Sequence record: CP128686.1
Direction: 5' to 3' (one strand)
Origin: a plasmid
Length of the DNA stretch: 64,000 nt
Notes under the pieces: generated by a model
The model's database searches: none
What the model saw: only the letters and a program-made list of their open reading frames with translations
Told to the model about the DNA's origin: nothing
Program-made: the position numbers and the translations under genes
In this document: one piece after another, positions 1 through 10,861 of the stretch
Layout of the letters: each line of letters starts with the position of its first letter
Numbering within the stretch: the stretch's first letter is position 1

Positions 1-285
1 TGCCTTTTCTCGGTCAGAAAGCATGCCCTGGCCGGTTTCAATCACGGACCGTTCTGTCAGGTAATGCTCTGTCCAGTCATACAGGGCCGGGTTTGTCACC
101 CGGATAAGCTGGAGTAGGCACAAATCAGGGAAATACACAAAATCCCGCATCCCCGGATACAGAAAAATCAGGGAATTAATCGCCTGATGGATCTCCCGTG
201 GCGTCGAAAGTGCGCCACCATACGTATCCGTCACCGCGGCGAGATCCCCTGACATTCCAGAGTCTGGCGGTTGATTATTAATTTG
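1..285 (-). pseudogene. In-frame continuation of the KAP NTPase (..TPREIHQAINSL..) after the TAA stop. It runs off the window edge.
   Basis: Reverse-complement translation of 1-285 is in the same frame as 289-1149 and stays KAP-like. Confidence 0.45.
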
Positions 286-288
286 CTG

Positions 289-1149
289 TTACAGCGCCTC
301 AGCCCGCTGGCGAAATTCATTGCGTAAATCAAAGGCTTCAGGCCGGGGTAATTTAAAACTGAGCTGAATGATTTTCTGCAGGTAACGGCTGCCATCTTCT
401 ATATTCAGCGCATACTCAACGGCATGAGTGATAATCTGCCTGTCATAACAGAGAATATGGGTAAAGCGGGGCAGATCGGCTACAGCCCTCACCAGTCTGA
501 ACACTTCAGCAATCTGGGAAGGTTCAAGTCGATCAAGGTCATCCATAACGACGATGAATTTCAGATCCAGAGTAACCAGTTGTTTCGCAATTTCAGCCCG
601 CAGTTTTGTTGTCGTTTTTTGATCAACTGCGAGACGACTCTCGGTAAATACTTTTATCCCGCCTGCTATCCAGTTAATGATGCTGGAAAACTGCCCGATA
701 TACTGAACCAGCGGAAGAACGCGCGATGAAGTATCCTGAGCATACTCAATCACTTTCTGAGCTTCTGGTGACAACAGATATTTACGCCAGAACTTTTTGA
801 AGCCCTTCGGAGGATAGCGTTTTTCCATTTCCTGCTGAATAACCGTGGCAACAGGAAGAAAGAGCGCTTCAACCGGATCACTGCCACTCAGCCATGGGGA
901 AACATGCAGTACATGCGTGTGTCCATCCTTGTGCTGAAAAAGACTTTTCAGTATCAGATTCAGAAGGCTTGTTTTACCTGAGCCCCATGCTCCTTCAATT
1001 CCGATCACATTTGAAGCTTCCTGTGGAAGGGAAAGAATGGATCGGGAGATATTTTCTGCAATATTTCTGAAGCCATATCGATCCTCAGGTACATTCTCAA
1101 CTGCCGCATCAAGCCCTTTCTGGTTCCACAGTTGCCTCAGTATTTTCAT
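289..1149 (-). CDS. KAP-family P-loop NTPase, N-terminal 286 aa. Walker A is GAWGSGKTSL. The gene is cut by a single in-frame TAA at 286-288.
   Basis: ORF track; P-loop motif and KAP-like architecture; the same frame stays open downstream of the stop. Confidence 0.6.
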   Translation of the reverse strand: MKILRQLWNQKGLDAAVENVPEDRYGFRNIAENISRSILSLPQEASNVIGIEGAWGSGKTSLLNLILKSLFQHKDGHTHVLHVSPWLSGSDPVEALFLPVATVIQQEMEKRYPPKGFKKFWRKYLLSPEAQKVIEYAQDTSSRVLPLVQYIGQFSSIINWIAGGIKVFTESRLAVDQKTTTKLRAEIAKQLVTLDLKFIVVMDDLDRLEPSQIAEVFRLVRAVADLPRFTHILCYDRQIITHAVEYALNIEDGSRYLQKIIQLSFKLPRPEAFDLRNEFRQRAEAL

Positions 1150-1150
1150 A

Positions 1151-2053
1151 TTACAGATCTCCGTAAAGGCCGCGCAGCCCGGTCAGGGCCTCCGCCAGCG
1201 TACCTTCCGCACATCGCGTGGTAAGCTCCCGGACCAGCGTCTCAAAGGCCTCCGCCGGTAAAAAAATCCGCAGGCCGTCGATACCGAAAAATCCCTCTTT
1301 TGATACATGCCCGGGCGGGGAGAACATCACACGCGCCCCTTGGTGACCGTGCGCCAGGGCTTCCGGATGGCGGGAATACAGCGTGAACAGGCCCAGCAGT
1401 TCGTAGAACGCCTCCCAGCCGTACGGCACCACGAAGTCCTGGCCGGTGATCAGCAGGTGCAGACGGGGCGTGGTGTACCAGGCCCCCGGGCGTTCTCCGG
1501 GGGGCTGGCCGTCAATGCGGATATCAAGGCGCAGGGTGCCGGCCCCGATGGTTTCCGTTACGGCAGAAATAACCGGGCGCAGCTCCTGCGCCAGAGCGGT
1601 GGCCTTCTGTTCTGTCCAGCCCAGCCCGCGCAGGACCAGAGGGAATATGGTCTTCAGCCGCGGCAGGGTGAAAATTTCAGACAGGTTAGCGTCGGGAATG
1701 TCAGCCAGCTCAAAACAGTCGCTCTCCAGCGGACGCAAAAGATGCTCGGCATACATCTGATCCACGACCGGGCGCAGCGCTGCCCGGAACCGGTCAAACT
1801 CTTCCATCCAGTTTTCGCCGGCCAGGCGGAAGATCCCCTTCAGGTAGTGGTCATCCACCGGACGGTCATGCTCCACCTGCCAGGCCAGCAGGTCACGGGT
1901 GATGTCGAGCAGCGTGCCCAGGGCCGGCAGGGTTGCCAGCCTGTTATGCCCGCGCAGGAAGGCCTCCCTGGTATGAACCAGCATAAAGCGCAGCTCGTCG
2001 CGGGAGAGCACTGACGTGCCGAAGGTCTGGCCGAGAATGATATGCCGGTACAC
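1151..2053 (-). CDS. Hypothetical 300-aa GC-rich protein immediately upstream of the KAP NTPase. The 1-nt gap suggests the two are co-transcribed.
   Basis: ORF track; gene adjacency. Confidence 0.5.
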   Translation of the reverse strand: MYRHIILGQTFGTSVLSRDELRFMLVHTREAFLRGHNRLATLPALGTLLDITRDLLAWQVEHDRPVDDHYLKGIFRLAGENWMEEFDRFRAALRPVVDQMYAEHLLRPLESDCFELADIPDANLSEIFTLPRLKTIFPLVLRGLGWTEQKATALAQELRPVISAVTETIGAGTLRLDIRIDGQPPGERPGAWYTTPRLHLLITGQDFVVPYGWEAFYELLGLFTLYSRHPEALAHGHQGARVMFSPPGHVSKEGFFGIDGLRIFLPAEAFETLVRELTTRCAEGTLAEALTGLRGLYGDL

Positions 2054-2091
2054 AAAGCGTTATTGTCGTCTCAGCACAATTCACACGCGTC

Positions 2092-2319
2092 GTGTACGCT
2101 AAGCCTTCATTTTGCTCAGCACAGGACCGCGATCTTATGTTGGTGACTATGACAGACAAAGAACTCAGTCGGATCAACATCATTCAGTCAGTTATTGAAA
2201 AGCGCATGCGTCGTCGCGATGCTGCTCATCAGCTTGCTTTGACCGAATGTCAGACACAGCGTTTGATTGATGATCAGCACTACAGTGAGTCCATAAAACG
2301 GTCGTTTTATGGAGACTGA
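2092..2319 (+). CDS. Small 75-aa ORF with an HTH-like N-terminus (MTDKELSRINIIQ..). It may be a transposase N-terminal remnant.
   Basis: ORF track; weak resemblance to IS transposase HTH leaders. Confidence 0.2.
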   Translation: MYAKPSFCSAQDRDLMLVTMTDKELSRINIIQSVIEKRMRRRDAAHQLALTECQTQRLIDDQHYSESIKRSFYGD

Positions 2320-2337
2320 CAATTAATTGCGAAACCA

Positions 2338-2799
2338 TTAACTAGGTAATGGAAGTTGAGTGGTGTATTTTATTTCCTCCATGGAAAAACTGGATGTTAC
2401 ATCACTCAATCCGCTTACTGAGCTGACCAGCTTTTTGTAAAAACTATCGTAACCCTTCATATCTGAAACCACTACCTGAAGAAGATAATCATATTCTCCC
2501 GTGGTACGGAAAAAAGTCATCACTTCTGGCATACTATTGACCTGCGAAACGAAATGTTTATACCAGTCATGGCTGTGGTTTTGTGTTTTTATCATCACGA
2601 AGGCTGTAAGCGACAAGTTAAGCTTATCCTTACTCAACAGAGCAACCCGACCAGTGATGATCCCCTCATCTTCAAGACGTTTTATGCGCTTCCAGCAAGG
2701 ATTCGGCGTTAAATCGACAGCCGCTGCCAGGTCCTGTAGACACAGTGTACAGTCATGTTGTAACAGCCTGAGCAGCTCCTTATCTTTCTTATCCAGCAT
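2338..2799 (-). CDS. Lrp/AsnC-family transcriptional regulator
   Basis: Conserved [22 protein letters not shown] motif block; start taken as the internal Met of ORF 2338-2862. Confidence 0.7.
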   Translation of the reverse strand: MLDKKDKELLRLLQHDCTLCLQDLAAAVDLTPNPCWKRIKRLEDEGIITGRVALLSKDKLNLSLTAFVMIKTQNHSHDWYKHFVSQVNSMPEVMTFFRTTGEYDYLLQVVVSDMKGYDSFYKKLVSSVSGLSDVTSSFSMEEIKYTTQLPLPS

Positions 2800-2914
2800 A
2801 ACCGCCCCTTCTGATGGAGAATATTTTTCTCTAAAAGTATAAAATAAAAGTGAAGAAAACAATATTTTTCTCCCGTTAAAAAGTTAAATTAATTTCTTTT
2901 ACTGGGAGTATCTT

Positions 2915-3862
2915 ATGCGCAGAGTGACGATATTGGTATTATTCCTGCTGGTTTCACTGACCTGGGGGACCACATGGCTGGCTATGCGGATAGCCGCTGA
3001 AACTATCCCTCCGGTGTTTGCAACCGGGATGAGGTTTATGTTTGCAGCTCCATTCTTAATCGGCATTGCATGGTTAAGAAAAACACCGCTTTTATTTCCA
3101 CGCGGACAACGCTTGTTCCAGCTTGTAATTTGTATTTTTTATTTTGCCATTCCTTTCTCATTAATGATTTATGGTGAAACATATGTCAGCTCCGGGCTTG
3201 CCTCCATTATATTTTCAAACATGCCTGTGGCTGTTTTGATTGCATCAGTTTTGTTTTTGAATGAAAAAACAAACTCAATGCAGATTGCGGGTTTAACTAT
3301 CGCAATAGTGGCACTGGCGGGCATTCTTCTCGAAGAAACGAAAACAAGCACAGAGACCCAATGGCAGGGAATCATTGCGCTTGTTTCAGCCGTAATCATC
3401 CATGCCATAATATATACTCAATGCAAGAAAAGAAGCTGTGCTGTCTCTGTTATAACGTTTAATGCGCTCCCGTGCTTTCTGGCAGGATTGTTACTTTCTG
3501 CGGCAGGATGGTTCTTCGAAAGACCACTGGTGTCAGCCTTCTCAGCACACTCAATATTAGCTACCCTGTATCTCGGTGCTTTTGCCGGGGTTTTTGGGAT
3601 ATTGTGCTACTTTGCACTTCAGCAAAAGGCCAGTGCCTTTCAGGCTTCACTTGTATTCCTTATTTTTCCTCTGATTGCGGTAAGCCTGGAAAGCTATGTA
3701 TATGGATATGCAATTTCAACTCAATCAATGCTCTTTATTATACCGTTAGTTGCCGGGATATTTCTTACTCTTTTCTCACGGCGAGTGTCTGCAACCAACA
3801 AACATCGGGATTGCTCACCACAAACAAATAATGGTATTCATGAGCATACTGAGACTTCCTGA
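2915..3862 (+). CDS. EamA/DMT-family transporter with 10 predicted TM segments. It is divergent from the Lrp regulator.
   Basis: Hydrophobic 315-aa protein with the duplicated EamA pattern; divergent Lrp-transporter pair. Confidence 0.65.
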   Translation: MRRVTILVLFLLVSLTWGTTWLAMRIAAETIPPVFATGMRFMFAAPFLIGIAWLRKTPLLFPRGQRLFQLVICIFYFAIPFSLMIYGETYVSSGLASIIFSNMPVAVLIASVLFLNEKTNSMQIAGLTIAIVALAGILLEETKTSTETQWQGIIALVSAVIIHAIIYTQCKKRSCAVSVITFNALPCFLAGLLLSAAGWFFERPLVSAFSAHSILATLYLGAFAGVFGILCYFALQQKASAFQASLVFLIFPLIAVSLESYVYGYAISTQSMLFIIPLVAGIFLTLFSRRVSATNKHRDCSPQTNNGIHEHTETS

Positions 3863-4197
3863 GGATTTAAAGAAAAGGCTTTCGTTTTCAGTTAATGTGG
3901 GTCGGTTGAAATGAGGGTTAGCTGCCGATACCAGTGAGGGATAGAAAGGGATCACCTACCTATCCCTTCACCCTTGTATCTAACAGTTTGTGGTGATTAG
4001 CTACCACCACTGAAGCTGAGTGAGCCGCCCCCTTCACTTAAGGTCAGAAAAGCCAGCACCGCTGAACCTTGATTTGCAGCATATGGCCCTCCGCTTCACC
4101 TTTCACGCCAGCACATCAGGTTGAACGGTTACCGGGAGCTCGACTCCGTATGTACAAGGCGAACAGGCGTGACGGTTTATGTGAGAGGAGTTTGACC

Positions 4198-5193
4198 ATG
4201 TTTCCAGTCGGCATTGACGTAAGTAAAAACACCCTTGATCTTTGCATACTGTATGACGGTATCAAAGGACGCATAAAAACCCGTAACATCCAAAATAACA
4301 GACATTCAGTTGAAAATATTCTTCGCTGGCTCAGGCTCCAGCACTGCGGTCCTGAGGATGTTCATGTTGTGATGGAAGCTACCGGTGTTTATCACGAACG
4401 GCTGGCCACTGAGTTACATGATGCCGGTTTCCGGGTTTCTCTGGCCAACCCTCACCGCAGTCGGGAGTTTGCACGCGGCATGGGAATAATGACAAAGACG
4501 GATAAGGTGGATGCGTATATGCTTGCCTGTTACGCATTCCTTAAGAAGCCACACCACTGGGAGCCGCCGTCCCCCGAAATCAGATATCTCGCTGCACTCC
4601 TGCGACGGCGTGATGTTCTGCTGGGTGATGCCCTGCGTGAGGAGAACAGGCTGGAAAAATACCTGTCGACAGACACACCTGCAGATATTATCAGTTCCTG
4701 CAGGCGTATGGCGCAGCTTCTGCGCGAGGAGGTAAGTAATATCGAGCGGCAGATTAAAGCACATATCAAAGCCAGCCCTGCACTGAGGCGTGATTATACA
4801 CTGCTGAACTCAATTAAATCGGTTGGTCCCCAGTTGGGGATGCATATGCTGGTCGAGCTTCGCAGCCATAACTTTGCATCAGCTGAGCAGGCTGCCGCCT
4901 TTCTGGGCGTGGTGCCGATCGAGAAACGCTCAGGCACATCGGTCCGGAGCCGACCGCGGATGTCGAAAATCGGCCCCCCTCAGTTGAGAGCGAGGCTTTA
5001 CATGTCCGCCCTGTGCGGAAAAATCTACAATAAGCGAATGCGTAATATTTACGATGAGATGTGCCTGCGGGGTAAACCTAAAATGGTAGCCATTGGCGCG
5101 CTGATGCGGAAACTGGTGCACTGGTGTTATGGCGTCCTGAAGACCGGAACCGTTTTTAATGACGAAGGTCTGAAACAAGTACTGTCAACCTGA
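4198..5193 (+). CDS. IS110-family transposase (MFPVGIDVSKNTLDLC...)
   Basis: N-terminal DEDD (RuvC-like) GIDVSK motif and IS110-type C-terminal domain; start chosen at the internal Met. Confidence 0.75.
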   Translation: MFPVGIDVSKNTLDLCILYDGIKGRIKTRNIQNNRHSVENILRWLRLQHCGPEDVHVVMEATGVYHERLATELHDAGFRVSLANPHRSREFARGMGIMTKTDKVDAYMLACYAFLKKPHHWEPPSPEIRYLAALLRRRDVLLGDALREENRLEKYLSTDTPADIISSCRRMAQLLREEVSNIERQIKAHIKASPALRRDYTLLNSIKSVGPQLGMHMLVELRSHNFASAEQAAAFLGVVPIEKRSGTSVRSRPRMSKIGPPQLRARLYMSALCGKIYNKRMRNIYDEMCLRGKPKMVAIGALMRKLVHWCYGVLKTGTVFNDEGLKQVLST

Positions 5194-5398
5194 CTATACC
5201 TGGCTGGCATTAAACTCAAGGTAACGCTCACAGCAGTAAGTGAGCGCAGTCCGCTATGAGTGAAAAACGGAAGTTCGTAAAACGCAGACAATATCGAGGT
5301 GAGGCGTTTAACTGCAGGAAATCATCATCGACGAACAAACCTGTCTGCTCTTATGGCATAAGCCCCGGCCTTTAGTGGGCATCAGGGCTCTTTCTGCT

Positions 5399-6412
5399 TC
5401 AATTCATCGTGATGACCACTTTGCCAGTATGTTGCTGGCTTTCAAAATATCGCCATGCTTCAACAGCATGTTCAAACTCGAATACCCTGTCTATAACCGG
5501 CTGAAGCTGACTTTTTACCAGCGCCCGATTCATAGCGACAAAATCCTCGCGGCTGCCAACACTGAAAGGTCTTACAGTTGCGCCACTTTTGAACAAAGTC
5601 ATAAAATCGACTGATGCACTTCCCTGTGCAACAAAGCCCAGCAGAGCAATTTCCCCTCCCGGCGCTGCGGAGAGTAAAGACTGATTTAAGGTTCCCGGCC
5701 CGCCAATTTCCACAATACGGTCAACCCCCCTGCCTTGTGTCAGTTCCCGGACTTTTACTGACCATTCAGGATAATGTCGGTAATTGATGACATGATCGGC
5801 ACCAAGCGCCGACAATAGCTGTGCTTTTACATCATTTGACGTTAACGCAATAACGCGTGCCCCCATGATTTTGGCGAACTGCACCGCAAACAGTGAGACT
5901 CCACCTGTGCCCTGGGTAAGCACAGTCTCTCCCGGTAATACAGACCGCGACTGTTGAAGGCTGTTCCATGCTGTAACTGCTGCGCAAGGGAGAGTGGCAG
6001 CCTGTTCCCAGCTCAGGTAATCAGGTACAGAAACCAGAGACTCTTCATCAACCACTTTGTATGAGGTTAACCATCCATCGGCCTGAGTGCCATAAGTTCC
6101 TCTCCCTGCAGCGGCATCCCGTGCTCCACCAAACCAGTGAGGAAAGAAGGTTCCCACAACCCGATCCCCCTTTTTAAACAGGCCCACAGAATCGCCTGTA
6201 GCCACGACCTCACCAGCCCCGTCCGATAAAGGGATCAGCCCGGCTTTAGGGGTTAATGTGCCTGTTCCGTACAGAATGGCCAGATCACGATAATTAAGAC
6301 TACAGGCGCGGACCTTTATCAGAACCTGATTACGCCCGGGGACTGGCTGCTGTTCCTCAATTAACTTCAGTCCTTGTAAACTTCCGAAACTCTCAAGTCG
6401 ATAGCTATGCAT
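5399..6412 (-). CDS. Zn-dependent alcohol dehydrogenase/NADPH:quinone oxidoreductase (MDR superfamily)
   Basis: GxGxxG Rossmann fold (GGPGTLN...), MDR catalytic-domain pattern. Confidence 0.7.
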   Translation of the reverse strand: MHSYRLESFGSLQGLKLIEEQQPVPGRNQVLIKVRACSLNYRDLAILYGTGTLTPKAGLIPLSDGAGEVVATGDSVGLFKKGDRVVGTFFPHWFGGARDAAAGRGTYGTQADGWLTSYKVVDEESLVSVPDYLSWEQAATLPCAAVTAWNSLQQSRSVLPGETVLTQGTGGVSLFAVQFAKIMGARVIALTSNDVKAQLLSALGADHVINYRHYPEWSVKVRELTQGRGVDRIVEIGGPGTLNQSLLSAAPGGEIALLGFVAQGSASVDFMTLFKSGATVRPFSVGSREDFVAMNRALVKSQLQPVIDRVFEFEHAVEAWRYFESQQHTGKVVITMN

Positions 6413-6462
6413 ATTGCTCTCTTTGGTTTTGTTGAGTACGTCGCTACCTTAAAATTTTTTTA

Positions 6463-6480
6463 CTGGATGTAGAATGTCTG
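6463..6480. promoter_or_regulatory. Perfect palindrome AATGTCT-gaaa-AGACATT in the divergent promoter region between the oxidoreductase and cupin genes
   Basis: Palindrome seen in the sequence. Confidence 0.35.
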
Positions 6481-6524
6481 AAAAGACATTATTACTGACT
6501 AACCGTCCATGAAAGAGGGAAAAA

Positions 6525-7052
6525 ATGGATCCTCTCGATGATGTATTTGCTGCTATGCGTCTCAAAAGCGCACTTTATTCACGCCTTTTACCGCATGCCC
6601 CGTGGGGGATAAGCTTTGTAAGAAGTGCTTCAATTCGCTTTGGATTCATGGTTTCTGGACATGGAATGCTTATAGTGGAAGGCGTTGAAAACTCCATTGA
6701 ACTGCAGCAAGGAGATGGGTTCCTGGTGAAGCCTGAGACCCTTTTTTCTCTGGTAGATAACCCTTCTACTCCAACACAATGGTGCGAAGATATCTTTGCT
6801 GAATGTTCAGGTAATAGTCTCAGTTTTGGAGGTGATGGCGAAGTGGCCAATATTCTCTGTGGCTATTTCTCCTTCGATACTACGGGAGCAGAACCGTTGC
6901 TTTCACTGCTGCCCTCAGTCGTGGTCATCCCCTCTGACGCTGCCCGTTCACCACTTTTGGGCCTAGTGGGAGCGAAGCTGCAAAATGCGGCATCTGACTT
7001 TTTTGAACTGGATCTGAATAAAAATTACTCACCTGTGAAATGGTTACCATAG
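6525..7052 (+). CDS. Cupin-domain protein resembling an AraC-family N-terminal domain. It lacks an HTH and may be truncated by the downstream Tn3-family unit.
   Basis: ORF track; AraC N-terminal-like sequence; ends 10 bp before tnpA. Confidence 0.4.
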   Translation: MDPLDDVFAAMRLKSALYSRLLPHAPWGISFVRSASIRFGFMVSGHGMLIVEGVENSIELQQGDGFLVKPETLFSLVDNPSTPTQWCEDIFAECSGNSLSFGGDGEVANILCGYFSFDTTGAEPLLSLLPSVVVIPSDAARSPLLGLVGAKLQNAASDFFELDLNKNYSPVKWLP

Positions 7053-7062
7053 CGGTTACCCA

Positions 7063-10023
7063 TTGATGATTCAGGGAGTTGGGATGTTGTTACAGGAGAA
7101 GGCTTTTGATGACAGGGACGAGTGGCATTTGCTTGCTGACGAGCTTTCCCTGCTACCGGGGATGACCGATACGGGGCGTCTGGGATTTGCCCTTCAACTA
7201 AAATTCCGACAGGTTCAGGGCCATTATCCCGACTCTGTACACGATTTCCCTTCCGGCATTGTGCACACCATCGCTGAGCAGGTCGGATGCGCTTCCGTAT
7301 CCCCTGAAAACTATCCGTTTCAGGGACGGCAGGCTCAGCGACACCGACACCGACAACATATTCGTCGCTATCTGGGTGTCAGACTCCCCAGTAAAGCTGA
7401 TATCGCACGACTCAGCGCCTGGTTAACCGAATTTATCCTCCCGTTAAATCCGCAGGCCGTACATGGCAGTGAACTTGTTACTGACTGGTGTCAGGAACAG
7501 CTGATTGAACGGCCAGCCACCGAGCACCTGGAGCGGATTATACGTTCAGCTGTACACCAGTTCGAAACAAAGCAACAAAACACCATATTTACCCGACTTT
7601 CACTCGACAGTAAGGTTGCCATCAATCATCTACTGTCTGCCGAAGAACCGGGCGCTGCCCAGGTAAACGAAGTCACATTCAGCGGCCTCAAAGCTGACCC
7701 GGGAAGGCCCAGTCTGGAGAATGTCCTTTCCGTCATCGCCCAACTAAAATGCCTTGATGGTGTTGCGCTACTGCCGAATATTTTTCAGGGCATATCTCCT
7801 AAATTCATCGTCCAGTTTCAACAACGGTGTGCCAGTGAATCGATCAGGGAGCTTCGTCGCCACCCTTCAGCGATCCGTTACAGCATGGTAGCTATGTTTT
7901 GCTGGCGTCGCCGCCAGCAACTGACCGATGCGTTGATTGAGATGTTGATGGTGCTGATCCATAATCTCGGTACCCGTGCTGAAAAAAAGGTCGATAAAAA
8001 GCAGTTTGCGGCGTTTAAAAAGGTCAGGGGCAAGGCGCGTCTGCTATTCCGCATGGCCGAGGCTACCGTTGACCAGCCAGACGGTGTCATAAAGGAAGTT
8101 GTCTATCCTGTTGTCTCACAGAAAATGCTGCAAAATCTGGTCGATGAATTCAAAACTCTAGGGGTGAATACTGAGCAGGAAGTACATGAATCCATGCGTT
8201 CTTCTTACGGTAACCACTATCGCAGGATGTTGATGCCGGTACTGGACCGGCTTGAGTTTCAGTCCGGCAATGCCCTCTATCGGCCCGTGATTGATGCTAT
8301 CCAGATTATTAAGGAAAACAGGACCAGCAATCAGCATTTCTATGCGGTGGGTGATGTGCCTGTTGACGGTATTATTCAGAAAAAATGGCGGGATGTTGTC
8401 ATCGTACAGAGCCAGTCCGGTGAAGAGCGTATTAATCGTACCAACTATGAAATTTGTGTATTACGGGCTTTACGCAAAAGTCTGCGCAACAAAGAAATCT
8501 GGGTCACCGGCGCGGATCGCTATCGTGATCCGGCAGAAGATCTCCCTGCCGATTTTGCCACTAACCGCGCATATTATTATTCCCTGTTGCAGGCACCCAC
8601 TGATGCGACAACCTTTATTAATCAAATCAAAGACAGGATGCGCCAGTGGCTCGGTACGCTGGATAATGGCCTGCCGGATAATCCCAGACTTCGCATCAGG
8701 GAACAGGGGAAAAATCGTATCCACCTGACGCCGCTGGATAAACAAACGGAGCCGCCCAACACCGCAGCGCTGAAGCAGGAGATTGGCCAGCGCTGGGCCG
8801 ATCTGGAGTTGATAGACATACTCAAGGAGGTGGATTTACGGGAACATTTCTCGTGGTTATTTCGCACATCGGCCAGTCGGGAAGTGCTGGAGCCTGAGGT
8901 ATTACAACGCCGCCTGTTGTTATGTCTGTTTGGCCTCGGAACGAATGTAGGGCTGAAACGTATCGCCAGCCAGCAACCCCGCGTCAGTTATGATGAATTG
9001 CGTTACGTTAAACGGCGGTTTATTCAGAAAGATGCTTTGCGCTCAGCGATTTCACATATTGTGAATGGTATTTTCAGAATTCGTCAGCCCGCTATCTGGG
9101 GGAATGCGACGACATCCTGTGCGGCGGACTCCCGAAAGTTTGGTGCTTATGATCAGAATCTGATGACAGAATGGCATGCTCGCTATGGCGGGCGCGGCGT
9201 GATGATTTACTGGCATGTGGATACGCATTCCACCTGTATTTATTCACAATTGCGCCGCTGTTCCTCATCGGAGGTGGCCGCCATGATGGAAGGTGTTCTG
9301 CGTCACTGTACCGACATGGAAATTAACCACCAGTATGTGGACAGCCACGGACAAAGTGAGGTGGCCTTTGCGTTCAGTGATGTGCTGGGGTTCGATCTAT
9401 TGCCGCGCCTGAAAGCGATCGCCCGACAGAAACTGTATGTGTGTGAAAAGGAAGATACATCGTTGTACCCGCATCTTACGCCGATTTTAACCCGGGGGAT
9501 CGACTGGGAGCTTATTGCACAACAGTATGACGAGATAATCAAATATACAGCGGCACTTAAAACCGGAACGGCAGAACCCGAGGCCATATTACGACGATTC
9601 ACCCGCAATAACATTCAGCATCCAACCTATAAGGCACTCGCGGAGCTGGGCAAAGCGATTAAGACCATCTTCCTCTGCCGTTATTTACACGATGAGTCAC
9701 TGCGTTGCGAAATTAATGCGGGTCTCAACGTCGTGGAAAACTGGAACAGCGCCAATAATTTTATTTTTTATGGCGAACACGGAGAATTTACCAGCAACCG
9801 GCCTGCGGATCAGGAACTGTCGATGCTCTCTTTGCACCTGTTGCAAATCAGCCTGGTCTATATCAATACCCTGTTGATTCAAAATGTGCTGACAGAGCCG
9901 GCCTGGCAGCAGAGAATGACAGAAGAAGACTGGCGTGGTCTGACCCCATTGATATACCACCATGTTAATCCGTATGGACGTATCGAGCTGAACATGGATC
10001 AACGGCTGGCGCTGGCAGCCTGA
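7063..10023 (+). CDS. tnpA: Tn3-family transposase TnpA, full length at 986 aa
   Basis: N-terminal DUF4158-like region ([24 protein letters not shown]), length and DDE domain typical of Tn3/Tn21 TnpA. Confidence 0.85.
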   Translation: MMIQGVGMLLQEKAFDDRDEWHLLADELSLLPGMTDTGRLGFALQLKFRQVQGHYPDSVHDFPSGIVHTIAEQVGCASVSPENYPFQGRQAQRHRHRQHIRRYLGVRLPSKADIARLSAWLTEFILPLNPQAVHGSELVTDWCQEQLIERPATEHLERIIRSAVHQFETKQQNTIFTRLSLDSKVAINHLLSAEEPGAAQVNEVTFSGLKADPGRPSLENVLSVIAQLKCLDGVALLPNIFQGISPKFIVQFQQRCASESIRELRRHPSAIRYSMVAMFCWRRRQQLTDALIEMLMVLIHNLGTRAEKKVDKKQFAAFKKVRGKARLLFRMAEATVDQPDGVIKEVVYPVVSQKMLQNLVDEFKTLGVNTEQEVHESMRSSYGNHYRRMLMPVLDRLEFQSGNALYRPVIDAIQIIKENRTSNQHFYAVGDVPVDGIIQKKWRDVVIVQSQSGEERINRTNYEICVLRALRKSLRNKEIWVTGADRYRDPAEDLPADFATNRAYYYSLLQAPTDATTFINQIKDRMRQWLGTLDNGLPDNPRLRIREQGKNRIHLTPLDKQTEPPNTAALKQEIGQRWADLELIDILKEVDLREHFSWLFRTSASREVLEPEVLQRRLLLCLFGLGTNVGLKRIASQQPRVSYDELRYVKRRFIQKDALRSAISHIVNGIFRIRQPAIWGNATTSCAADSRKFGAYDQNLMTEWHARYGGRGVMIYWHVDTHSTCIYSQLRRCSSSEVAAMMEGVLRHCTDMEINHQYVDSHGQSEVAFAFSDVLGFDLLPRLKAIARQKLYVCEKEDTSLYPHLTPILTRGIDWELIAQQYDEIIKYTAALKTGTAEPEAILRRFTRNNIQHPTYKALAELGKAIKTIFLCRYLHDESLRCEINAGLNVVENWNSANNFIFYGEHGEFTSNRPADQELSMLSLHLLQISLVYINTLLIQNVLTEPAWQQRMTEEDWRGLTPLIYHHVNPYGRIELNMDQRLALAA

Positions 10024-10066
10024 TGGTGCCCAGAACCGTTCGGTTTCGTACACAGGGTCTTAATAC

Positions 10067-10098
10067 TGTCCGAAAGTAAGTGAAATTACTTTCGGATA
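10067..10098. promoter_or_regulatory. Candidate res subsite, an imperfect palindrome (TGTCCGAAAGTAA-gtgaaa-TTACTTTCGGATA) upstream of tnpR
   Basis: Palindrome resembling the TGTCY...RGACA resolvase-binding consensus, at the expected position. Confidence 0.45.
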
Positions 10099-10141
10099 TG
10101 CATTATGATTCGTACATCCTTTTCGGACGGAAATTTTCATC

Positions 10142-10702
10142 ATGTCACGCGTTTTTGCCTACTGCCGTGTTTCTACACTGGAGCAGAACACGGAAAACCA
10201 GCGCAGGGAAATAGAAGCTGCTGGTTTTACCGTCAAATCCCAGAGACTGATTGAGGAGCACATCAGTGGTTCGGTTGCTGCCAGTGAGCGGCCTGGATTT
10301 ACCCGTCTGCTCGACAGAATGGAAAATGGTGACGTGCTGATTGTCACTAAACTGGATCGTCTTGGACGAAATGCTATGGACGTTAGGAAAACGGTGGAAC
10401 AACTAGCAGCGTCCGGTATTCGCGTACACTGTCTCGCGCTGGGCGGCGTGGACCTCACCAGCGCGGCCGGCAGGATGACCATGCAGGTGATTTCGGCCGT
10501 CGCTGAGTTTGAGAAAGACCTGCTGATTGAGCGTACACATTCAGGGATTGCAAGAGCCAGGGCTTCGGGAAAACGCTTCGGGCGTCCTTCGTCACTCAAT
10601 GGGGTACAGCAGCAGGTGGTGCTGGAACGTCTTAACGCTGGAGTAAGTATTGGTCTATTGCCCGTGAGTTTAGCACTACACGGCAGACCATTCTTCGCGT
10701 AA
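10142..10702 (+). CDS. tnpR: Serine recombinase (resolvase TnpR). The C-terminal HTH ([14 protein letters not shown]) is only readable in another frame, suggesting a 1-nt frameshift near 10660.
   Basis: [15 protein letters not shown] catalytic Ser motif; frame comparison at 10650-10700. Confidence 0.75.
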   Translation: MSRVFAYCRVSTLEQNTENQRREIEAAGFTVKSQRLIEEHISGSVAASERPGFTRLLDRMENGDVLIVTKLDRLGRNAMDVRKTVEQLAASGIRVHCLALGGVDLTSAAGRMTMQVISAVAEFEKDLLIERTHSGIARARASGKRFGRPSSLNGVQQQVVLERLNAGVSIGLLPVSLALHGRPFFA

Positions 10703-10861
10703 GGAAAGCAGCCGGAAACGCGGATGCCGGGAACCTTTCTGGTGAAAAAATATCGTGAAACAGCGTCTGCTATCGAAACCTTAACCATGCATTGCAGGAA
10801 GAAAAGATTCCAGAGGATTAATTTTGCTTTTAATGACTAACTTGATAAAAGGACATATATA

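Noticed and set aside
6575-6850. 91-aa minus-strand ORF
   Set aside because: It is embedded antisense within the cupin-domain gene.
7063-7084. Alternative later start for tnpA, suspected because the annotated start sits so close to the upstream ORF
   Set aside because: The N-terminal extension aligns in pattern with Tn3-family TnpA N-termini, so the full ORF was kept. The exact start remains uncertain.
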